The position numbers and the translations under genes are program-made. The notes under the pieces were generated by a model. That model searched no databases, was not told the origin of the DNA, and saw only the letters and a program-made list of their open reading frames with translations. Of a stretch of 64,000 nucleotides of DNA, positions 56,520 to 64,000 are shown in pieces (position 1 is the first letter of the stretch; the number at the start of each line of letters is the position of its first letter). The stretch is from Turneriella sp. (lineage in GTDB: Bacteria; Spirochaetota; Leptospiria; Turneriellales; Turneriellaceae): assembly GCA_965279515.1 (NCBI GenBank), contig CBDIID010000003.1, positions 1,376,001 through 1,440,000 on the forward strand, given 5' to 3'.

Positions 56520-57386
56520 TTACTGAATCGCCGCGGCGCCGCCGACAATTTCCGCGATCTCCTGTGTGATTTTTGCCTGACGAATTCGGTTATATTGCAA
56601 TGTAAGCGCCTTGATCATGTCTGTCGCAGCATCCGTCGCGCTTTTCATCGCGATGCGGCGGGCGATTTGCTCAGAGGCAATCGCGTCTATAAGCGACTGG
56701 TACACAGTCATGCAGATCGCTTTAGGTAACAGCGATTCGAGAATCGCCTGTGGGTCCGGCTCGAAAAGAAACGGCAGTGATTTATGCTCTTTCTCTTCGC
56801 TGCTGATCTCTACGGGCAGAATAGTCTCAGCAACAGGGCGCTGGTTAGATGCACTAAAATATTTGGTATAAACGATATCAATTTTATCCACAGTCTCGAG
56901 CGAAAAAGCTTCCATATAGCTCTCGGCAAATTTTTGTGCGTCGGCAAAACGCAGTTTATCGTCGACGTTGGTGAAAGACGCCGCATACGGAATCTTCTGG
57001 TAGTTAAAATACGTAATGGCCTTTTTGCCGATCAGGTGCAGAACAACTTCGACGCCCTGCTTTTTGTATGAATCAATGAGGTTCACCGCGGCGCGGATGA
57101 TGTTGGCGTTATAACCACCGCAGAGACCGCGGTTGGCTGTTACGACAACCACGAGGGCCTTACGGATGTGCGTATGGCGGCGTAGCAGAGGATGATCCGC
57201 AACTTCGCCTTGTGCTGCCAGTGAACCGATGAGTTCTTTAATTTTCTGCGCATAAGGGCGCGATGCAACAACCTTATCTACAGCCTTTTTTGCTTTCGCG
57301 GTGGAGACGAGCTCCATCGTGCGCGTGATCTTTTTGGTATTTTGTACCGAACCGATCCGGCTGCGGATTTCTTTCGATGTTGCCAT
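56520..57386 (-). CDS. atpG: ATP synthase gamma subunit
   Basis: KITRTMELV, RGLCGGYN, RQAKITQEIAEIVGG. Confidence 0.98.
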   Translation of the reverse strand: MATSKEIRSRIGSVQNTKKITRTMELVSTAKAKKAVDKVVASRPYAQKIKELIGSLAAQGEVADHPLLRRHTHIRKALVVVVTANRGLCGGYNANIIRAAVNLIDSYKKQGVEVVLHLIGKKAITYFNYQKIPYAASFTNVDDKLRFADAQKFAESYMEAFSLETVDKIDIVYTKYFSASNQRPVAETILPVEISSEEKEHKSLPFLFEPDPQAILESLLPKAICMTVYQSLIDAIASEQIARRIAMKSATDAATDMIKALTLQYNRIRQAKITQEIAEIVGGAAAIQ

Positions 57387-57409
57387 GGCGCCGCTCTAAT
57401 CCTTTAAAA

Positions 57410-58936
57410 TTAGCGGGGGTCTCCCGAAGCGCTGCGCAGGAATGAATCGGCAAAGTCAGCGAGCACTGTATTGAGCTTCGCTTCGTCTGGTAATCCCTTC
57501 GTATCGCGGATCGTCACGTAGAACTCGTTGTGTGTTTTTTCAATGAATTCGAGGAGTTTCTCTTCGAACTCACGGATTCTCGGCACAGGGATTTTATCCA
57601 TGTAACCTTTGGTTGCTGCATAGATCGAGATCACCTGTTTTTCAACCGGCATCGGTCTGTACTGCGGCTGCTTGAGGAGTTCAACGAGGCGGAAACCACG
57701 GTCGATCTGGCGTTGTGTCGCCGGGTCAAGTTCGGTACCGAGCTGTGCAAATGCTTCGAGTTCGCGGAACTGCGCAAGGTCGAGACGCAACGTACCCGCA
57801 ACCTTTTTCATACCCTTGATCTGCGCAGCACCACCGACGCGCGATACCGAGATACCGACGTCCACGGCCGGACGTACGCCCGCGGCAAAGAGGTTCGGCT
57901 GCAAGTAGATCTGGCCGTCTGTGATCGAGATCACGTTTGTAGGAATATATGCTGAAACCTCGCCTTCCTGCGTCTCAATGACCGGAAGAGAAGTGAGCGA
58001 ACCACCGCCGTATTTATCGCTGAGTTTCGCTGCGCGCTCAAGGAGGCGTGAGTGGAGGTAAAAGACGTCGCCGGGATACGCTTCGCGGCCCGGTGGGCGG
58101 CGCAGAAGGAGTGACATCTGCCGGTAAGCATTGGCCTGTTTGGATAAGTCGTCATAGACAACGAGCGTTGCCTTGCCCTGGTTATACATGAATTCTTCAG
58201 CCATCGCAGTACCTGAGTACGGAGCGAGGTATTGCATCGGCGCCGGGTCAGAGGCGTTCGCGGCTACGACGATGGTATAATCGAGAGCGCCCTGCTCTTT
58301 CAGTTTATCGATCACGCCCGCAACAGTGGATGATTTTTGACCGATCGCCACATAGACGCAGATCACGCCCGTGCCTTTCTGGTTGATGATTGCGTCGATC
58401 GCAATCGCCGTCTTACCTGTTGAGCGGTCACCGATGATGAGCTCGCGCTGGCCGCGGCCGATCGGGATCATCGCATCGATACTTTTGATACCTGTCTGCA
58501 TCGGCTCGCCGACGGGTTGACGGCGGGCAATGCCCGGAGCGATAATTTCAATGGGACGAGTGGATTTTGTGTTGATGGGGCCTTTACCATCGAGGGGATT
58601 TCCAAGGGGGTCAACAACACGGCCAATCAGGGCATCGCCCGTCGGGACCTGGAGAATCTTACCTGTACGTTTGATCGAGAAACCTTCTTTAATCTTGAGG
58701 TAGTCACCGAGAATAACCACACCCACCGAAGTTTCTTCGAGGTTGAACGCGAGACCGGTAACACCGTTCTCGAACTCGAGCATCTCGCCCGCGAGACAGT
58801 TCGAAAGTCCATAGACCCGCGCAATACCGTCACCGACCTCCAGCACCTGACCGACTTCGTCGATCGTCAGCGTCTGTCCGTAGTTCTGGATCTCGCTCTT
58901 GAGTACTGAAACGATTTCTGCTGTGTTAATTTTCAT
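57410..58936 (-). CDS. atpA: ATP synthase alpha subunit
   Basis: [21 protein letters not shown]. Confidence 0.99.
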   Translation of the reverse strand: MKINTAEIVSVLKSEIQNYGQTLTIDEVGQVLEVGDGIARVYGLSNCLAGEMLEFENGVTGLAFNLEETSVGVVILGDYLKIKEGFSIKRTGKILQVPTGDALIGRVVDPLGNPLDGKGPINTKSTRPIEIIAPGIARRQPVGEPMQTGIKSIDAMIPIGRGQRELIIGDRSTGKTAIAIDAIINQKGTGVICVYVAIGQKSSTVAGVIDKLKEQGALDYTIVVAANASDPAPMQYLAPYSGTAMAEEFMYNQGKATLVVYDDLSKQANAYRQMSLLLRRPPGREAYPGDVFYLHSRLLERAAKLSDKYGGGSLTSLPVIETQEGEVSAYIPTNVISITDGQIYLQPNLFAAGVRPAVDVGISVSRVGGAAQIKGMKKVAGTLRLDLAQFRELEAFAQLGTELDPATQRQIDRGFRLVELLKQPQYRPMPVEKQVISIYAATKGYMDKIPVPRIREFEEKLLEFIEKTHNEFYVTIRDTKGLPDEAKLNTVLADFADSFLRSASGDPR

Positions 58937-58950
58937 ATTTCCCCGTTCTA

Positions 58951-59553
58951 TTAATCAATGAATGCTTTTGTGGCATCAATCGGATGCACCGCGGCAACGT
59001 CGTGCCAGTGGATCAGATCACGCGCCACTGTTCCGTCGTATATATAATCTGCTATGCGCACACGCACCCCGGCCAGCAGCTCGGGATTCACCTTCACGCT
59101 GACGTCGTAGTGCAGCGTCTTCGTGGCATCGAGGCCAAACGCCGCACGGTTTGTGTCGACTTTCTTTATGATCAGTTGCTTGAGCTCGTCGTCTATCCCA
59201 CCATTGGCGAGATCTTTAGCGACGGCGATATCGACGTATGTGCGGCCCAGGATGCCATCGAGTACCTTCCTGTAGGCGGCAAAGATTTCAGGAATAAACT
59301 GCATGCGCCGCTTCTCTGTCAGAATCATGCACATATTGAGCACAGGCTTCTGCACCTTACCCGAAAAAGTTGCCGTTAAGGCCTTCTTTTTCGCGGCGGT
59401 AGAGATGCTGGGCGACTGCAGAAATACACCGAACTTTACATCGCCGCGCAGTACATCGCGTACGGCATGCAATTCATCTTCAGCCGCTTTCAGGTCAAGA
59501 CCTGCGACTTCGGAAAGTGCGATTGCGTAGTTCTGTGCCGCCTTCGATGCCAT
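58951..59553 (-). CDS. atpH: ATP synthase delta subunit
   Basis: [21 protein letters not shown]....D.IYDGT; operon order. Confidence 0.9.
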   Translation of the reverse strand: MASKAAQNYAIALSEVAGLDLKAAEDELHAVRDVLRGDVKFGVFLQSPSISTAAKKKALTATFSGKVQKPVLNMCMILTEKRRMQFIPEIFAAYRKVLDGILGRTYVDIAVAKDLANGGIDDELKQLIIKKVDTNRAAFGLDATKTLHYDVSVKVNPELLAGVRVRIADYIYDGTVARDLIHWHDVAAVHPIDATKAFID

Positions 59554-59555
59554 GT

Positions 59556-60074
59556 TTACTTGCCGGCTTTGAGCTGATCAAGCTCTTTCAGGATAATGTT
59601 GCGGTGATCTTCTTTTGAAACGTCGCGGCTCAGGATTTTCGAGATGATGGCGACACTGAGGTCGACGACTTCTTTCTCGAGTTCTTTGATCGCTTTCGTC
59701 TTCGCCTGTGTGATTTCACCGACCGCGCGGTCGTGGATCTCTTCCGCTTCTTTCTTCGCGTCGGCCAAAATGCGCTGACGGATGGATTCCGCGTCTTTTT
59801 TACCTTCGTCGATTATCTGTAACGCCTGGTCTTTCGCCGCATCGAGATGCTTCTTATAATCAGACATCATCGACTCGGCCTGCTCGCGCAGCTTGCGTGA
59901 TGAATCCAGATCTTCCTGAATCTTCTCGTTACGGGCGTCGAGGCCGTTGATAATCGGCTTCCATGCAAAGAGCCAGAGGACAATCAGGACCACGATGAAG
60001 GTGACCGCGGTCCAGAATACCAGACCGGGTGAAACCTTCAGGAGATCGATGCTTGTGCCTGTCAAAAATACCAT
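59556..60074 (-). CDS. atpF: ATP synthase b subunit
   Basis: PGLVFW..TF, AWKPI...LDAR..KI, coiled coil. Confidence 0.96.
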   Translation of the reverse strand: MVFLTGTSIDLLKVSPGLVFWTAVTFIVVLIVLWLFAWKPIINGLDARNEKIQEDLDSSRKLREQAESMMSDYKKHLDAAKDQALQIIDEGKKDAESIRQRILADAKKEAEEIHDRAVGEITQAKTKAIKELEKEVVDLSVAIISKILSRDVSKEDHRNIILKELDQLKAGK

Positions 60075-60102
60075 GTTAGCGTCTTGAACCTAAGCTCAAA
60101 AA

Positions 60103-60333
60103 TCAGACTTTGATTTTATCGAGCATCAGAAAGGCAATAACGAGTGCGAACAGAGCCGCGCCTTCGATAAGAGCCGCTGCGATGATCATCACCGTTTGAA
60201 TCTTGTTTGCCGCTTCTGGCTGACGGCTGACACCTTCAGCTGCCGCACCACCGATGCGTCCGATTCCGAGGCCTGCGCCGAATACAGCGAGTCCCGCTGC
60301 GATTCCTGCTCCGATTGCAATAATTGGTCCCAT
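60103..60333 (-). CDS. atpE: ATP synthase c subunit (H+-type)
   Basis: GxGxGxG, RQPE loop, IEGAALF (no E-S/T Na+ motif). Confidence 0.97.
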   Translation of the reverse strand: MGPIIAIGAGIAAGLAVFGAGLGIGRIGGAAAEGVSRQPEAANKIQTVMIIAAALIEGAALFALVIAFLMLDKIKV

Positions 60334-60352
60334 TTTAATCTCCTTTCGTTTT

Positions 60353-61435
60353 TTAATGCCTGTGTTGTACTTGTGAAATAAAGAGTGCGGTTAAGAATGT
60401 AAAAATGTACGCCTGCAAGACCGCCACGAAGAGCTCGAGCATGTAGATAGCTACAGCACCGGCGACGCTCACGGGGGCGATCAAGTAGGATTGAAACTGG
60501 AAAATGAAGCCTAAGAGCACGAGAATGATCATATGCCCCGCTGTCATGTTTGCGAGAAGACGAATGGCGAGCGCGAACGGCTTCGTGAAAATACCGATGA
60601 GCTCGATCGGCCACATAATCGGCCACAGCGGCAGCGGAATGCCGGCAGGCACGATGTTACGGATAAACAGCACGCCCTGGTAGGCAAAACCTGAAATCAG
60701 GATAACAATGAAGGAGAAAATCGCCAGCGTCGCCGTAACGGCAATGTCGCCAGTGGCAGTGATGCCCGGCCAGATTTTTTCTGCCATCGGCAGCGCGAGC
60801 GAGTCATGACCGCCATGCGCATGCATGAGGCCTGTAGCCTGGCCAACGGTGACATAGATTTCACCGAGCGACGGAATGAGGCCTAACAGGTTAGAGATCA
60901 GAATAAAGAAAAACAATGTGAGCAGATACGGCTCATACGGATGCGCATGGTGACCGAGACTCGCATGTGCAACATCGTTACGGATAAAATTCACGAGAAC
61001 TTCGACAAAACCCGTAAAACGCGATGGCTTCTTGTAAGGATCTTTGCCGATACGGCGCGCCGCAGGAATCAGAATGAGCATCAGGAATCCGGCGCCGAGA
61101 AAAAGCATCATTACACGTTTAGTGATCGAGATATCATAACCGGCGAGCTCAAGCTTCCAGAGCGGGGCATCCGACAAGTGGTGCGCGATGGTTTCGGCAA
61201 AATTAAAGGGCGCATCACCATGTGCGGCAGGCGCAGCATCGTGACCCGCAGGAGCCGTATGAAGACCGGCCGGCGCACCATGCGCATCTGCCGGCGCAGT
61301 GATCGTTGCGCCATGCGCGGCCGCGGGCACAGCGCCCGCTTTCGCAGGCTGCGCCGGAGCGACTGGCACAGGATTCGCTGAGAACACAGAAGTGGCGATA
61401 AAAAAAGCGGAGATGATGGCGAGTTTTCGTTTCAT
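60353..61435 (-). CDS. atpB: ATP synthase a subunit with signal peptide and His/Ala/Pro-rich extension
   Basis: KPFALAIRLLANMTAGH, LQAYIF; ATG 61435 overlaps atpI stop. Confidence 0.96.
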   Translation of the reverse strand: MKRKLAIISAFFIATSVFSANPVPVAPAQPAKAGAVPAAAHGATITAPADAHGAPAGLHTAPAGHDAAPAAHGDAPFNFAETIAHHLSDAPLWKLELAGYDISITKRVMMLFLGAGFLMLILIPAARRIGKDPYKKPSRFTGFVEVLVNFIRNDVAHASLGHHAHPYEPYLLTLFFFILISNLLGLIPSLGEIYVTVGQATGLMHAHGGHDSLALPMAEKIWPGITATGDIAVTATLAIFSFIVILISGFAYQGVLFIRNIVPAGIPLPLWPIMWPIELIGIFTKPFALAIRLLANMTAGHMIILVLLGFIFQFQSYLIAPVSVAGAVAIYMLELFVAVLQAYIFTFLTALFISQVQHRH

Positions 61436-61752
61436 TTTCTCAGTGCCCACAGAGCGAGAACAACATGCGCGACCCAACCAGCTGCCACACCCAGCGCAAA
61501 CGCTGAGATACCCTGTGTCCTTTCTGTCTTCGCCAGAACATACACAGCGGTACAACCGATGAGTAGCGCAATGAGCCGCAGCGAAATCGCCGCGAGAAAA
61601 ATAAACCCTTCACCCGGATTCTTTTTGAGCCCCCATCGCGCCGCGAACGCCGCAAAAGCAGACACCAAAAACCCGACTGCGAAGAGAATTGCCGGTAGCA
61701 AACTCACTGCCGCCGCCTTGTAGGCAACGGGAGGTTCTTTGTTTTGAAACAA
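61432..61752 (-). CDS. AtpI-like membrane protein
   Basis: Small hydrophobic ORF immediately before atpB; TTG start uncertain. Confidence 0.6.
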   Translation of the reverse strand: MFQNKEPPVAYKAAAVSLLPAILFAVGFLVSAFAAFAARWGLKKNPGEGFIFLAAISLRLIALLIGCTAVYVLAKTERTQGISAFALGVAAGWVAHVVLALWALRK

Positions 61753-61788
61753 TGCGACAAGTAAAATGTCTCTGAAAGGTCGATTTTT

Positions 61789-63459
61789 TTACAGAAAATG
61801 CGGCGCTGGTTTACTAAGAAAATATCCCTGCCACAGGGAGATATTTATCCTCTTTAGATAAATAAGCTCGGCTTCGGTTTCTACGCCTTCTGCGAGAATC
61901 ACGATGCCGTTTTTATGCGCAAAACCCACGAACGCCTCCACGATGTCCTGTTTAAATTTATCTGTGTCGATGTCGCGCACCATCAGGGCGTCGAGCTTAA
62001 CGTAATCCGGCTTAATGCGCACAATCTGGTTAAGGCTCGAATATCCGCTGCCGGCGTCGTCAATGGCGATGCGGATGCCCAGCTGACGGAAAAAATTCAG
62101 ATTGCGGTTGAACTCCTGGTAATTATCAATGATCTCGCGCTCGGTAATTTCGAAGACCAGGCGATCGGCGGGAAAAGGTCTTTCCTGGGAGAGCAGGAAG
62201 AATTTAAACTCAGGCGTCAGAATCGACAGCGGTTCGACATTGACGAACAGTAGATTTCCCGCAGGCATCGACGCCGCTGCCTTGACAGCTGCCTGAAAAC
62301 AGTTAAAGTCCAGGGCGGCGGTCTGCGAAAGTTCTTTTGCCACCGAAAACAAGAGCTCCGGATTTTCGATTCTGCCGCCTTCGGGCCCGCGGCTCAGCGC
62401 CTCGTAGCCCAAAACATAACGCTGGCCATTCTTCTCACCAAAAATTGCCTGAAACATGGTGCGCACATTGCCGGCGCGGATGAATTCCGTAAACTCACGC
62501 CTGAGCTCGATATGCTGCGCTTCGGTTTTACGGTGGGCCGTCCATTCGGCGTCGCGCAGCGCACGGTAAAACAGACGAATGAACGGCAGCGACGCCTTGT
62601 AGAACATCTGTCCGTAACCGACATTGACAACAAATTCCTTCAGCGTGCGCCCGCTGAAGACATACTCAAGTTCGGTGAGGATTTTTGTCTGCAGGCTGCG
62701 GATCAATATCTCCATGGTTTCAGGATTACTCTTCTGGTGGCCTTCGCGGTCGACCTGAACAATGACAATCGAATTCGAAAGCGGACGGTTCATCGTGATG
62801 AAGTATTCTTTCGAAATGAAAAATCCCTCGATCCTCTTGAGAATCTCGGCGACGGCCTTAAGCAACTGATCGAAGGCTTTCCAGCCATAAATCTCATCGC
62901 GGTCGTGCAGCGGCGCGACATCGAGATAGATAATCAGCAGGTGCGCTTCCTGACCCAAGGCTCGTTTGATCTCGTCGATCGTGGCATAAAGTGAAGGCAG
63001 GCCCGTCACCGAATCGGGCGCGTGGGCATCGAGTGCAACAGCCTGCTGCGCCAGCAGCAGTTGCTGGCCCATGAGGTTAAGATTCATGCGCGCTTCGTGC
63101 GAACGAATACTCATGAGTTCGCGCACGGCGACCAACAGCTCTTCGGTGCGGTATGGTTTTAACAGATAGTCATCCGCCCCACTCTCTACCGCCTTAGCAG
63201 GGTCGCCGTAAGCTGAGATCAGCAGAATCGGCACGTCGCTGCATTCGGGCACCTTGCGCACTTTTTCACAGAACTCATAACCCGACATCAGCGGCATAAC
63301 CACGTCGGAAACAATCAGGTCGGGAACTTTTTCCGAAATCGCAAACAGCGCGGCTTCAGGGTTGGTAAACGCGCTGACTTCGTATTCGGTGCTTAAAATA
63401 CTTTCAGAGAGTGCGAGCAGTACGGAATCATCGTCGACGAGAATAAGGCGCTTAGGCAC
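61789..63459 (-). CDS. REC + degenerate GGDEF + EAL c-di-GMP phosphodiesterase
   Basis: DDD/SDVVMP/KP receiver; YEALSR, FEITE, DDAGSGYSSL, KLD, AEGVE, QGY intact. Confidence 0.92.
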   Translation of the reverse strand: MPKRLILVDDDSVLLALSESILSTEYEVSAFTNPEAALFAISEKVPDLIVSDVVMPLMSGYEFCEKVRKVPECSDVPILLISAYGDPAKAVESGADDYLLKPYRTEELLVAVRELMSIRSHEARMNLNLMGQQLLLAQQAVALDAHAPDSVTGLPSLYATIDEIKRALGQEAHLLIIYLDVAPLHDRDEIYGWKAFDQLLKAVAEILKRIEGFFISKEYFITMNRPLSNSIVIVQVDREGHQKSNPETMEILIRSLQTKILTELEYVFSGRTLKEFVVNVGYGQMFYKASLPFIRLFYRALRDAEWTAHRKTEAQHIELRREFTEFIRAGNVRTMFQAIFGEKNGQRYVLGYEALSRGPEGGRIENPELLFSVAKELSQTAALDFNCFQAAVKAAASMPAGNLLFVNVEPLSILTPEFKFFLLSQERPFPADRLVFEITEREIIDNYQEFNRNLNFFRQLGIRIAIDDAGSGYSSLNQIVRIKPDYVKLDALMVRDIDTDKFKQDIVEAFVGFAHKNGIVILAEGVETEAELIYLKRINISLWQGYFLSKPAPHFL

Positions 63460-63468
63460 TGCTAACGC

Positions 63469-64000
63469 TTATTTTCCCGCGGGCTTTTTATCCGTAGCAG
63501 GGGCGGGACCGCCCGTTTCTTTCTTATCGTCTTTGCTCAGGTGCTTTTCGTCGATTTCGTTGCGGTACTGCGCGCGCAGCTGCTTCTTCTCGTTCTCATC
63601 TTTTGCAAGTTCGATTTTCAGATAGATCGAATGCAGGCGTGCCAGGCGGTAATGCGCCAGCGCCTCTGCGTAGCGGCGGTGTTTTTCGGCATTGGAAGCC
63701 TGCGTCAGCTGCTGGTAGCCGACAGAAAGCCGGTGCTGGTTCTTCTGCACAATACCCGCCATACGGATGGCGTCCGCGCTACCCGTGTTTTCAGCCTGCA
63801 TGTCGAGATCGGCCATGCGGTCGGCGCTCTGGTTGAGCATTTCGGTTGTTTTCTTGCGGAAAATCTCGCTCGCCTTCCCCATAGCCGCGGCAATATTTTC
63901 ACGGTTTGTGCGCAGCGTTTTTTCTGCACCGACATATTCCATTTTATAGATGAGTTTCAGCGCGTCCTTATACTCGGTCGAAATTTTATCCGAGTCGCCT
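63469..64000 (-). CDS. Hypothetical helical protein, 5'-truncated by window edge
   Basis: Frame stays open from 63942 to the window end (GDSDKISTEYKDALKLIYK-M...). Confidence 0.65.
   Translation of the reverse strand, partial: GDSDKISTEYKDALKLIYKMEYVGAEKTLRTNRENIAAAMGKASEIFRKKTTEMLNQSADRMADLDMQAENTGSADAIRMAGIVQKNQHRLSVGYQQLTQASNAEKHRRYAEALAHYRLARLHSIYLKIELAKDENEKKQLRAQYRNEIDEKHLSKDDKKETGGPAPATDKKPAGK

Overview
Chromosomal window from a free-living bacterium. Gene content and protein style suggest a Leptospiraceae spirochaete (Turneriella-like); this is inference, not a database result. Contents in order: (1) a Moco biosynthesis operon (moaCB-moeA-moaA-moaD-moaE') downstream of a cytoplasmic Nas/Nap-type Mo nitrate reductase and a fused DmsB-DmsC-like Fe-S/membrane-anchor protein, divergent from narK-nirA-cysJ-like genes; (2) mixed metabolic and regulatory genes (fadD-like, dapD, TetR/MBL hydrolase, M16 peptidase, Xer recombinase); (3) a furan-fatty-acid-type (ufaM/ufaD/ufaO-like) operon containing a CarH/LitR-type B12 photoreceptor; (4) a tadA-alr-S41-amidase/beta-lactamase cell-wall operon; (5) a stand-alone, active-site-altered ketosynthase coupled to a multi-TM/degenerate sigma54-activator fusion; (6) lipoproteins; (7) the complete F1Fo ATP synthase operon, preceded by a REC-EAL gene. 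Non-obvious signals: three sigma54 -24/-12 promoters whose predicted start sites fall within 0-2 nt of the start codon (leaderless), several palindromic elements sitting in-frame inside coding sequences (two within lipoprotein signal peptides), several operator-like palindromes, and an apparent 1-nt homopolymer frameshift. No rRNA, tRNA, CRISPR array or transposase was seen.
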